Positions 10,666-19,359 of a stretch of 45,052 nucleotides of DNA are shown here, in pieces. The DNA comes from Thermoplasmatota archaeon (GTDB taxonomy: Archaea > Thermoplasmatota > E2 > JACPAO01 > JAHFTW01), in contig JBFJXH010000002.1 of assembly GCA_041623215.1 (NCBI GenBank), positions 1-45,052 of the forward strand. Reading direction: 5' to 3'. How positions within the stretch are numbered: the first letter of the stretch is position 1; every line of letters begins with the position of its first letter. The notes beneath the pieces are model-generated. The model did not search any database, was not told the DNA's origin, and was given only the letters and a program-made list of their open reading frames with translations. The position numbers were made by a program, and so were the translations under genes.

Positions 10666-11403
10666 ATGTTCAAAGCGACCGTGAAGGCGGAGACGCTCAA
10701 GACCGTGCTCGACGCGGTCCACACCCTTGTTGACGAGGCGAAGATTCACATCACGCCCGAAGGGCTCAGCCTGAAGGCCGTGGACCCCGCCCATGTCGCC
10801 ATGGTGGACCTGTCGCTGGGCAAGGGGGCCTTTGTCTCCTACGGCGCCGATGACATGGAGTTGGGCATGGACCTTGACAAACTCAAGGACATTCTGAAGT
10901 TGGCCGGTAGCGGCGACGAAATCGGCCTCGAATACAAGGAAGACAGCCACAGACTGGTGTTCAAGATTGGTCACTTGACGCGCCGCATGGCCCTGGTGGA
11001 CACGACCAACATGAGCGATCCCAAAGTGCCCAATTTGAACCTCCCCAACCGGGTCACCATGAAGGCGGGCGAATTGCAGCATGGCATCAAGGCAGCCGAG
11101 TCGGTGAGCGACCACATTGCGTTGGTGGCCCACGGCGATTCCTTCCAACTCAGCGCCGACGGCGACACGGACCAGGTCAACCTGGCCCTGTCGGGCGAGG
11201 ACATCATCAAGATTGAGGCGCCCGAGGAGTCGCGGAGTTTGTTCAGCCTGGACTACTTCAGCAACATGGCCAAGGCGGTCCGCAGCAGCGAGGCGGTGAC
11301 GCTGCACTTGGGCACCGATTACCCCGTGAAGATGGAATTCGACATAGCCGACGGCGGCGGTCACATCATGTACCTCCTGGCGCCGCGCATCGAGTCCGAA
11401 TAA
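10666..11403 (+). CDS. pcn: DNA polymerase sliding clamp PCNA
   Basis: About 245 aa. MFKATVKAETLKTVLDAV...ITPEGLSLKAVDPAHVAMVDLSL...YLLAPRIESE follows the archaeal PCNA pattern. The antisense 278-aa ORF was rejected. Confidence 0.92.
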   Translation: MFKATVKAETLKTVLDAVHTLVDEAKIHITPEGLSLKAVDPAHVAMVDLSLGKGAFVSYGADDMELGMDLDKLKDILKLAGSGDEIGLEYKEDSHRLVFKIGHLTRRMALVDTTNMSDPKVPNLNLPNRVTMKAGELQHGIKAAESVSDHIALVAHGDSFQLSADGDTDQVNLALSGEDIIKIEAPEESRSLFSLDYFSNMAKAVRSSEAVTLHLGTDYPVKMEFDIADGGGHIMYLLAPRIESE

Positions 11404-11480
11404 TCGCGCACTCCACCGCGGTGGGGCTGCTACGCCAGCGTGGCGCCAACGTTCATATTGCCGCAGGCGGCGTGCTTGGT

Positions 11481-11834
11481 ATGGCTGCACGTTTTGCCAT
11501 GCTTGCGTTCCTGATTGTTTCCTTGCTGATGGCGGGGTGCACTGCCAGTGGCGGATCGGCCGCGGTTGCCTTCCAAGGTGCCGGAGCCAGCGACCGCACG
11601 GCGACGACCGATTGTGATGACACCGGCTCCGTTGCAGTCGGAACCCAAGGCGCTGGAAGCGTCACGGTGACCGTCACCGACGGCAAAGGAGCGGTGGTCT
11701 TTGAACGCACCTTCCAAGGCGGTGGCCAAGAGGGCCGCGTAGATGACATCAAGGGAGAGCCCGGTGAATGGATGCTCCGAGCGCGCAGTGCTAGCGGTTT
11801 TTCGGGCCAATATGGCATTACGCTGTCGTGCTGA
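11481..11834 (+). CDS. Small lipoprotein or secreted protein of unknown function
   Basis: MAARFAMLAFLIVSLLMAGC has a lipobox-like LMAGC, followed by a Gly/Thr-rich beta-type domain of about 95 aa. It sits between pcn and priL. Confidence 0.55.
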   Translation: MAARFAMLAFLIVSLLMAGCTASGGSAAVAFQGAGASDRTATTDCDDTGSVAVGTQGAGSVTVTVTDGKGAVVFERTFQGGGQEGRVDDIKGEPGEWMLRARSASGFSGQYGITLSC

Positions 11835-11863
11835 CTTGAAGTAGCACGCCCCACTGCCGCAGC

Positions 11864-13027
11864 GTGGCCGACCTCGTCCGCCTTGCCTGCTATCCATTCT
11901 TGCCCGGCGTCCGCGATGCCGTGCGGGAGGAAGGGCCGGACCTGACGGAGTTGCTCACTTCGCCCATGCTGGAGGGGACACGGCGCCGCGGCGTCAAGCG
12001 TGTCATGGGCGCAATCGCCGGCGAGCCTCCCGAGCCAGGATTCGCCACCGATGAGCGCGGCGCCCTTACGGACTTAGTTTCGTACGGCTTTGCCAAAATG
12101 CTCCTGACTGTGGTTCGCGACCGCCATTTGCTTCGGCGCTACTGCCACCGCGAGGCCGCCCGCGTCGCCGCGCTTCTCAAGGATGACGTGGACGAATCCT
12201 TGAATGCCGCCTCTGATGCTCTCCAAGTTGGCCTAGATGGCCCGGTTCGAAGCGAGGCCCGGCAGGCCGGTGTGAGCGGCGGCGTGGAGAGCCATGTCGA
12301 ACAGTATTGGCGCATCCACTTTGCCGATTACATCCGCCACGCGCCAGGCGACGCCGGCTGGAAACTGGTGGAACGAAGCCTCGACGCCGGTTGGCTCACG
12401 CTGACGCGGCCCGACGCGATTCGCCTGGTGGAAAACGCGTGGGCCAAGCACCTTGAAACCGACATTGGTGTCGGACTCGACGCGCCCGCCCCGGAAGACC
12501 TCGTCGCCGCCCTGCATGGATACGTAGCTGATATCCAACCGCTTCTGGAAGAGGCGCGAGAGTCCTGGAGCACGGGCGACTTTGGCCCCGTCAAGCGTGA
12601 GTTGTTCCCGCCCTGTATCACGGAGCTCTTTGCCGCCATGGTGCGCGGCGAAATGGTCCCTCATCACGGACGCTTTGCCATGGCAAGCTTCCTTGCAACC
12701 ATCGGCATGACGAGCGACGACATCATGCAGTATTTCCGCGAGATTCCCAATTTTGATCCGGACAAATCTCGGTACCAAATCACCCACGTCGCGGGCGAAC
12801 AGGCGGTGGAAAAATACACCCCCCCTGGCTGCTCATGGATGCAAACCAACGGTGTTTGCCCGCTCGAAAAGCGCGATGGCTTGTGCTTCAAGATCAAGCA
12901 CCCACTATCCTACTATCGCGCCCGAATTCGCTTCCAAGAAGATGACAAGAAGGAAGCGGGCAAAGTGCTGGCCACCAAGGAAATGGGCAAGACGCACGCC
13001 AAGGTGGCCCGGGAGCGCGGAGCATGA
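11864..13027 (+). CDS. priL: DNA primase large (regulatory) subunit PriL
   Basis: 387 aa. The Fe-S cluster cysteines are PPCITELF and CSWMQTNGVCPLEKRDGLC. The stop overlaps the priS ATG (ATGA at 13024-13027). Confidence 0.88.
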   Translation: MADLVRLACYPFLPGVRDAVREEGPDLTELLTSPMLEGTRRRGVKRVMGAIAGEPPEPGFATDERGALTDLVSYGFAKMLLTVVRDRHLLRRYCHREAARVAALLKDDVDESLNAASDALQVGLDGPVRSEARQAGVSGGVESHVEQYWRIHFADYIRHAPGDAGWKLVERSLDAGWLTLTRPDAIRLVENAWAKHLETDIGVGLDAPAPEDLVAALHGYVADIQPLLEEARESWSTGDFGPVKRELFPPCITELFAAMVRGEMVPHHGRFAMASFLATIGMTSDDIMQYFREIPNFDPDKSRYQITHVAGEQAVEKYTPPGCSWMQTNGVCPLEKRDGLCFKIKHPLSYYRARIRFQEDDKKEAGKVLATKEMGKTHAKVARERGA

Positions 13028-14385
13028 GCCAAGCCGGGCAAGCGGACAAATCAGCCGCAACGGCTTCCACCGCCGCACCAGGGCCAGCAGTCACCAACAA
13101 ACCCACCAAACCCGAAGCCCCAGCCTCGTTCCCACCACCGGTTCGTAGCACCATTCATTGGCTGCAGGACCGCTTCCGACAATACTACCGCGAGCAGCCA
13201 CCGGAGCCTCCCGAACGCGCAACCCGGCGCGAATACGGCTACATTTTGTGGCCCAAGCGACCGGGACCGCCGCCCTTCGTCCGCCACAAGGCGTACCGTG
13301 ACGGCGCGGCCCTGCAGGCTGATTTAGCACGCACCGGCCCCCACTCGGCCTACTACTCCACTGCCTATTACCGCCGCCCGGGCGAACTGAAAATGGCCGA
13401 CAAGGGCTGGCTTGGTGCCGAGCTCATCTTCGACTTGGATGCCGACCACTTAGACGAAGTGGAGGCGGCCAAGGACGCCGGCAGCGAAGTCCCTGTTGCC
13501 CGCCAATTGGCGCTGGTCAAGGAACAATTCAAGCGCCTCCTGGACGAGTTTCTGCTCGGCGATTTTGGCCTCTCCGAGCGTGACTTGTTCATTACGTTCA
13601 GTGGCGGCCGCGGGTACCACTGTCACGTTACTCAGCCCCGTCTGCAAAGCATTGATGCCCGAGCGAGACGGGAAATCGTCGATTACGTCACTGGCAAGGT
13701 GCCAGCGAAGCGAGGGACCAATGAGCCGGACCTGTCCGCCTTCCTGCGGCCTCGGGTCGTCGGCGTCGAAGGCCGCGGCCGCTTCGCCAAGAAGCAGACC
13801 ACGTACGACCTAGCACCATCCGATGCTCCTGGGTGGCCCGGGCGCCTGACCCGTGGCCTGGTGCAGGCACTGCGAACGAACGTCTTGCAAGCCGAAGACC
13901 CCGCCGTTGCCAAGGCGTGGCTAACCGCCCTGGACGGGATTGGCGACAAAAGCGCCGATGAATTCCTGCGCCGCCTTGACGAGCCAACGCTGGAGCGCAT
14001 TGCACAAGGGCATGCATTCCAAGGGCCTGTGGTGCTCCGCATCTGCCGCCAAGTGCTGGGCCAGGCAGCGCTGACATTGGCCAAAGGCGAAACAGACGAG
14101 CCTGTCACAGCCGATGTCAAGCGCCTCATCCGGTTACCGGGCAGCCTGCACGGCAAGACGGGGCTGAGGGTGGTCAGCTTGAATCGGGACGAATTGGACG
14201 ACTTCGACCCGTTGCGGGACGCCGTGGCCTTGGGGATGGAGCCGGTATCCATCACGCCGCGATTTGATGACGCCATGACGCTTGGCGGCGAGACGGTCCA
14301 CGTGACCGCTGGTGAAGCAACGGAAGTACCGACGGCGCATGCCGTGTGGTGGTGTGCTCGCCAGGCCGGGACCATCATTCGTTGA
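13024..14385 (+). CDS. priS: DNA primase small (catalytic) subunit PriS with a low-complexity N-terminal extension
   Basis: AEP motifs: ELIFDLDADH, FSGGRGYHCHV, IRLPGSLHGKTGL. About 40 aa of Ala/Pro/Thr-rich N-terminus. Confidence 0.9.
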   Translation: MSQAGQADKSAATASTAAPGPAVTNKPTKPEAPASFPPPVRSTIHWLQDRFRQYYREQPPEPPERATRREYGYILWPKRPGPPPFVRHKAYRDGAALQADLARTGPHSAYYSTAYYRRPGELKMADKGWLGAELIFDLDADHLDEVEAAKDAGSEVPVARQLALVKEQFKRLLDEFLLGDFGLSERDLFITFSGGRGYHCHVTQPRLQSIDARARREIVDYVTGKVPAKRGTNEPDLSAFLRPRVVGVEGRGRFAKKQTTYDLAPSDAPGWPGRLTRGLVQALRTNVLQAEDPAVAKAWLTALDGIGDKSADEFLRRLDEPTLERIAQGHAFQGPVVLRICRQVLGQAALTLAKGETDEPVTADVKRLIRLPGSLHGKTGLRVVSLNRDELDDFDPLRDAVALGMEPVSITPRFDDAMTLGGETVHVTAGEATEVPTAHAVWWCARQAGTIIR

Positions 14386-14436
14386 TGGAGCCGCCGCGCC
14401 ACCAACCGTTAAGCGGGTCGCCCACGTCGCCAACCC

Positions 14437-15252
14437 GTGGTCGATGGCCCGGTGACTTACGACGTCGTGCAGGACCTGTTACGGTCCGAGCGACGAAGCA
14501 ACCGCCTAGTCACCGTACCGCCGCGATTTTGGCGCGATGTGCGGCAACTGCTCACCGACTTGGAAACCGCGTTTCGAGAGGGCCAGGAGAAAGATCCGTT
14601 CAGCCGGCGCGTCATTCGACTCACGGACGAAGTCAAGAATGCCCGCAACGCAGCCGAAGGCTTGTGGGCGCTTCGTGAGCGAAAGCTGGCGTTGCATGCG
14701 TTGGCCTCTGAGCCCAAGCCCCCAGAAGGCATCACGGGTTCAGAGCAAGCGCTGTTCGACCAATTGGTGAAGGCGTTTGCCGATAGCCGGGCAACCGTCT
14801 TTGAAGGCACATCGGCGGAGGCCGTCGCGGCTGCTAAACCTCCCGCCACGGCGAGCCCCCCATCCTCAGCGCCCACCCAACCAAGCCCATCGCTACCCGG
14901 TGCATCGGCGGCCCCGCCTGCGACGCCGAGCACGTCTGCAACGGCCACTCCGGTCAAGGCCGCCGCAGCAAAACAGGAAGCCCCTCCCGCAGCCAAGGCC
15001 GAGCCCCCTGCGGGCGAGGCCACCCCCGCCGGTGAGCCCGCACCCGCTTCCCCGGCGCCGGTCGTTACCGTCCCGCCCGACACCCCCGGCGATGACAGCG
15101 TGTTGGTGCGAGCGCTGCAAGATTTGCCGCCCTTCGTAGGCCCGGACATGGTTACCTACGAACTCATGGAAGGTGACGTGGCCAGTGTTCCGGGACGGAT
15201 TGCCGCTCTCCTGATTCGAGGAAATCGAGCCGCCGTTGTGGACGCAGCCTAG
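14437..15252 (+). CDS. gins51: GINS subunit (Gins51/Gins15 type) with a Pro/Ala-rich linker of about 110 aa
   Basis: The A-domain pattern is TYDVVQDLLRSERRSNRLVTVPPRFWRDVRQLL...EVKNARNAAEGLWALRERKLALHAL. The B-domain pattern is VLVRALQDLPPFVGPDMVTYELMEGDVASVPGRIAALLIRGNRA. It lies directly downstream of priS. Confidence 0.7.
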   Translation: MVDGPVTYDVVQDLLRSERRSNRLVTVPPRFWRDVRQLLTDLETAFREGQEKDPFSRRVIRLTDEVKNARNAAEGLWALRERKLALHALASEPKPPEGITGSEQALFDQLVKAFADSRATVFEGTSAEAVAAAKPPATASPPSSAPTQPSPSLPGASAAPPATPSTSATATPVKAAAAKQEAPPAAKAEPPAGEATPAGEPAPASPAPVVTVPPDTPGDDSVLVRALQDLPPFVGPDMVTYELMEGDVASVPGRIAALLIRGNRAAVVDAA

Positions 15253-15312
15253 GCGCACAACCGGTACGGTGCCAGCACGCCTCTTAAGAAGAGGACCCAA
15301 GTCGGCCCAACC

Positions 15313-15816
15313 ATGGCGGCCCTCACCATCCGTCGCTTCACCGAGGATGACATCGACGGCATCAGCGAATTGTGGGAACAATTTGCCAGCCTCCGCGAGG
15401 GCATGACCCAGGCGCAAATCCTCAATGAGAATGCGTCCGATTACTTCTACGGCTATGCGACGGGCTTGCTCAACCGCAAGGACACCCTGACGCTCGTGGC
15501 CGACGCCGGCGACGGCGAGCTGGCCGGATACTTGATTGCCAGCAAGCAGCGCAAGCCCCCCATTTACAGTCACACACGCATCGCCTACCTGAGCGATGTC
15601 TTCGTGCGCGAAGACTTCCGCCGGCAAGGCATCCTGAAAGAATTCGTGGACGAACTGAAAGCTTGGTGCGACCGCGAAGGCATCACCGCCATTGATGTGA
15701 TGTTGTTCACCAGTAACCAGGTCGCTCGCGATATTTACGCGGCCATGGGCTTCGAGGATTACCGCATTGTCATGCGGCAAACCTTGAGCGACCCTGCCAT
15801 CAGCGATGAAACGTAA
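15313..15816 (+). CDS. GNAT-family N-acetyltransferase
   Basis: 167 aa. The acetyl-CoA motif A is VFVREDFRRQGILKEF, with a C-terminal ...YAAMGFEDY. Confidence 0.85.
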   Translation: MAALTIRRFTEDDIDGISELWEQFASLREGMTQAQILNENASDYFYGYATGLLNRKDTLTLVADAGDGELAGYLIASKQRKPPIYSHTRIAYLSDVFVREDFRRQGILKEFVDELKAWCDREGITAIDVMLFTSNQVARDIYAAMGFEDYRIVMRQTLSDPAISDET

Positions 15817-15849
15817 TCCGTTTCCCCGCCGCGTCCAACCCGAGCCGAC

Positions 15850-16272
15850 CTAGGCCACGTCAGCGGGAGCGTCCACTGCTTCATTGGCGGCAGCGTCCGC
15901 TTCACCGTTCTCTTCGCGCGGAATCCACACCGTGTCGATTCCCTCGGGGAAACTTTTGATCATACCCCGACACGCCCGAAACACTTGCTGCAAGTTGGCG
16001 GCTTTGACGCGGTAGCGGCCTTCGAATTGCCGAATCACCAATTGCGAATCGCCGCGCACCGTGACACCCTTGGCGCCCCACGCGGCGGCTTGTTGGAGCC
16101 CCAGGTAAAGCGCGTGCCATTCGGCCTCGTTGTTGGTTGCGCGGCCCAGGCGCTTTCGAAGCACCATGCGCTTGTCGCCCATGGTGACGATTGCACCGGC
16201 GCCAGCCGGACCAGGATTGCCTTTGCTGGCGCCGTCAAACCAGACGACTGCTTGTTGTGGGTCGGTTGCCAT
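15850..16272 (-). CDS. rnhA: Ribonuclease HI (type 1 RNase H)
   Basis: DEDD residues are in context: WFDGASKGNPGPAGAG, TNNEAEWHAL, GDSQLVI, VWIPREENGEADAAAN. The Met at 16272 lies 1 nt after the uvrB stop, so it is preferred over the overlapping Met at 16299. Confidence 0.88.
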   Translation of the reverse strand: MATDPQQAVVWFDGASKGNPGPAGAGAIVTMGDKRMVLRKRLGRATNNEAEWHALYLGLQQAAAWGAKGVTVRGDSQLVIRQFEGRYRVKAANLQQVFRACRGMIKSFPEGIDTVWIPREENGEADAAANEAVDAPADVA

Positions 16273-16273
16273 G

Positions 16274-18304
16274 TCACTGGGTTGGCTTGCTCTTGCCAAG
16301 ACCCTTTCGCTTGCCCGGCGTGGTTACTTTGGCTTCTCCCGTCTTCAGTTCGATGATGAGGTCGCGTAATTCGGCAGCACGCTCAAAGTCCCACGACTTG
16401 GCCGCCTCGGCCATTTCCTTCTCCAATCCCTTGATGACACGATCTTTCTCCTGCTTGTCCAACAGGCCAAGACTTTCCTTACTGACTTTGGGTTCGGCGG
16501 CCCCTACGCGCTTGCCATCGATTTCAATGCCCTTGATGCTACGCTTGACGTTCTTCGGCGTAATGCCATGCTCCTCATTGTACGCCTGCTGCTTAGCCCG
16601 GCGAGCAGCGGTCAATTCAATGGCTTCCGTCATCGCGTCCGACATCTTGTCCGCATACATGATGACGCGCCCGTTCACATTGCGGGCGGCGCGACCAATG
16701 GTTTGAATGAGGCTGGTTGAGCTGCGAAGGAAGCCAATCTTGTCAGCATCGAAAATAGCTACCAGACTGACTTCCGGCAAGTCCAAGCCTTCACGCAGCA
16801 GGTTGATGCCAACCAAGACATCAAACACCCCGGAACGAAGTTGCTCAAGGATGATGACCCGGTCCAGCGTTTCCACATCTGAATGAAGGTAGGCGACCTT
16901 CAACCCGAGGCCCTGGTAATAGGTGGTTAGCTCCTCGGCCATGCGCTTGGTGAGGGTGGTGACGAGGATGCGTTCGCCCCGCGCCGCAACCTTTTGGATT
17001 TCGCCGTACAAATCGTCCACTTGGCCCATGACGGGACGGACCTCCACCTGTGGATCCAGGAGGCCGGTCGGTCGCACCACGGCTTCGATGGTGCGTGTGC
17101 TGTGTTCCCGTTCGTGCGGTCCTGGCGTTGCACTTGTGAAAATGATGGGGCCTACCTTGCGTTCAAACTCGGGAAACTTGAGCGGCCGATTGTCCAGCGC
17201 CGATGGCAGGCGGAAGCCAAAATCTACCAACGTTTGTTTGCGTTGGCGATCACCATTGTACATTCCACGAATCTGTGACACCGTGACGTGGGACTCGTCG
17301 ATGATGGTCAGAAAATCCTCGGGGAAATAATCCAGCAGACACCAGCCAGGGTCGCCGCGTTTGCGACCCGAAAGGGGCTGACTGTAGTTCTCGATGCCTG
17401 AACAGTAGCCAATCTCGCTCAGCATTTCCAAGTCGTAACGAGTTCGCTGTTCAAGTCGTGCCGCCTCGAGAATCTTACCGTCACCTCGTAGTTCGCGAAG
17501 CCGTTCGTCAAGCTGCGCTTCAATCCGTGCAATAGCACCGGCCATTTGCTCAGGCGGCACAACCCAATGTTTAGCGGGGAAGATTGTGAGTTGTTCGTGG
17601 GCGCGAAGAACGGCACCCGTGACGGGATGAATACGGCGAATCGCCTCGATTTCATCACCCCACAATTCGACGCGAATGGGTTCCTCGTCGCCGGGCGGCA
17701 AGATATCGACCGTGTCGCCGCGGACCCTGAAAGTGCCGTGCTTGAGGTCTGCGTCGTTTCGTTCGTAGTAAATGTCCACAAGTTGCCCGAGCAGGTCGCG
17801 GCGTTGCACCTCTTGCCCGACTTTGAGCCAAACATGGCCAGACCGATAATCCTCGGGCGACCCTAGGCCGTAGATACAGGACACGCTGGCAACCACAACG
17901 ACATCGTCTCGGCTCATCAGCGCCTGCGTGGCTGCGTGCCTAAGTTTCTCCACCTCTTGGTTGACGTCGGATTCTTTGGCAATGTAGGTGTCCGATTGGG
18001 GCACGTAGGCCTCAGGCTGGTAGTAATCATAATAGGAGACGAAATAATGCACTTCGTTGTCGGGAAAGAAGGCCTTCATCTCTTCGTAGATTTGCGCGGC
18101 TAGGGTCTTGTTGTGACTGATGATGATGGCGGGCTTCTTGCCCGCTTCAATCGCTTTGGCCATCAGGAAGGTCTTGCCAACGCCGGTTACGCCTTCCAGC
18201 GTCACCCGTCGCTCCCCAGCAGCCAGAGCCTGCATCAGCGCCTCAATGGCGGGGCCCTGGTCGCCAGCCGGCTCATAGGGGGCATGGACGCGAAGCTCAG
18301 CCAC
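16274..18304 (-). CDS. uvrB: Excinuclease ABC subunit B (bacterial-type NER helicase)
   Basis: Motifs: YEPAGDQGPAIEAL, the Walker A LEGVTGVGKTF, IIDESHVT, SATPG, GRAARN, and a C-terminal UVR domain (EMAEAAKSWDFERAAELRDLIIELK). The GTG at 18304 matches the usual N-terminus. The longest ORF starts at 18406. Confidence 0.93.
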   Translation of the reverse strand: MAELRVHAPYEPAGDQGPAIEALMQALAAGERRVTLEGVTGVGKTFLMAKAIEAGKKPAIIISHNKTLAAQIYEEMKAFFPDNEVHYFVSYYDYYQPEAYVPQSDTYIAKESDVNQEVEKLRHAATQALMSRDDVVVVASVSCIYGLGSPEDYRSGHVWLKVGQEVQRRDLLGQLVDIYYERNDADLKHGTFRVRGDTVDILPPGDEEPIRVELWGDEIEAIRRIHPVTGAVLRAHEQLTIFPAKHWVVPPEQMAGAIARIEAQLDERLRELRGDGKILEAARLEQRTRYDLEMLSEIGYCSGIENYSQPLSGRKRGDPGWCLLDYFPEDFLTIIDESHVTVSQIRGMYNGDRQRKQTLVDFGFRLPSALDNRPLKFPEFERKVGPIIFTSATPGPHEREHSTRTIEAVVRPTGLLDPQVEVRPVMGQVDDLYGEIQKVAARGERILVTTLTKRMAEELTTYYQGLGLKVAYLHSDVETLDRVIILEQLRSGVFDVLVGINLLREGLDLPEVSLVAIFDADKIGFLRSSTSLIQTIGRAARNVNGRVIMYADKMSDAMTEAIELTAARRAKQQAYNEEHGITPKNVKRSIKGIEIDGKRVGAAEPKVSKESLGLLDKQEKDRVIKGLEKEMAEAAKSWDFERAAELRDLIIELKTGEAKVTTPGKRKGLGKSKPTQ

Positions 18305-18415
18305 GACCCGCCAGCCGGGCACGGGTCCAAGAGGCTTGGGGCCAGGGGGGTGAGACCACCAAGTCGCTTCGGCAGTTGGCAGTTTCACCGCCGAGCCGCA
18401 GGCCAACGCCGGCGC

Positions 18416-19357
18416 CTATTCAAGACCGGCTGGGCCAATGCGAAACCGCGCCTGGCGACCATCGGGAATGCTTCGATGCTTGAGAATCGTCGCGCGGCGG
18501 CTGCCGTCGGGCCTTTTTTCGAACCGCACCATGGCTTTCACCAGATGCTCCATCGTACGGCGGGCAAACGGCATCGTGCCGTCCTCTCCGTCATAGACTT
18601 GCCCGGTGACGAGCACCGGCACATGGTGTCGGCGGGCGAAGCCCATTAGATGATGCAACTGCCGCAGAAGCCGGCGCGTCGCCTCCCGTTCGCCTTCGCG
18701 TCCGTCCATGACCATGCGATAGTGGAGATTAATGGAGTCTACCACCACGAGCCCCAAGGAGGGCATTCTCGTTGCCTTCTCAACCAGCTGCTCCTGCTCG
18801 GAGAAGTCATACGGCGTGATGAAGCGAAGCGCCTTGGAAAGCTCCTCCATGGATCGCCCGGGGTCTTCGTCGAGGGCGGCCGAGAAGATTTGCTGCAGGC
18901 GGACAGGACTTACCCCTTCCGTGTCAACGAAGGCGACCGTGTGGTCCTCCAGAATGGCTTGCAACGCGCACTGCAACGCGAGGTTGGTTTTGCCGCTGCC
19001 GCCTTCCCCAAACACCAGCGTCACGGCGTCTCGCTCAAGGCCACCATCCAGCAGCCGGTCCACGGCGTCACAGCGCGTTGATAAGGTAAGAAGTGGAGCC
19101 TCCAGCGGCGACGCGACCTCCTCGCTCGCCTCGCCAAGATTCGCGGGCCTTGCCCCCTCGTCCTGCGAAGCGGGCTCTGGGTCCACAGGTGGCGCCGGCA
19201 AATCCTGGGTCTCGTTGGCTGGCCGAATTTCCGAGCCTTCCGTCGAGTCCGGTTCCTCGACGGGCTCCTGGTGTACTGGCTGCTTTGTTGTCGCTAGTTG
19301 ACTGGCTGCCACGAAATCCGCATCGCCCTCTGGCTCGTCACCGTCGCCGGCGTCCAT
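18416..19357 (-). CDS. radB: RadB (archaeal RadA/Rad51 paralogue) with an acidic N-terminal extension
   Basis: Collinear with Pyrococcus RadB from memory: LLDGGLERDAVTLVFGEGGSGKTNLALQ, VAFVDTEG-SPVRLQQI, LVVVDSINLHYR, HHVPVLVTGQVY, ATILKHRSIPDGRQARFRIGPAGLE. The Met at 19357 lies 2 nt after the upstream stop. Confidence 0.88.
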   Translation of the reverse strand: MDAGDGDEPEGDADFVAASQLATTKQPVHQEPVEEPDSTEGSEIRPANETQDLPAPPVDPEPASQDEGARPANLGEASEEVASPLEAPLLTLSTRCDAVDRLLDGGLERDAVTLVFGEGGSGKTNLALQCALQAILEDHTVAFVDTEGVSPVRLQQIFSAALDEDPGRSMEELSKALRFITPYDFSEQEQLVEKATRMPSLGLVVVDSINLHYRMVMDGREGEREATRRLLRQLHHLMGFARRHHVPVLVTGQVYDGEDGTMPFARRTMEHLVKAMVRFEKRPDGSRRATILKHRSIPDGRQARFRIGPAGLE

Positions 19358-19359
19358 GG

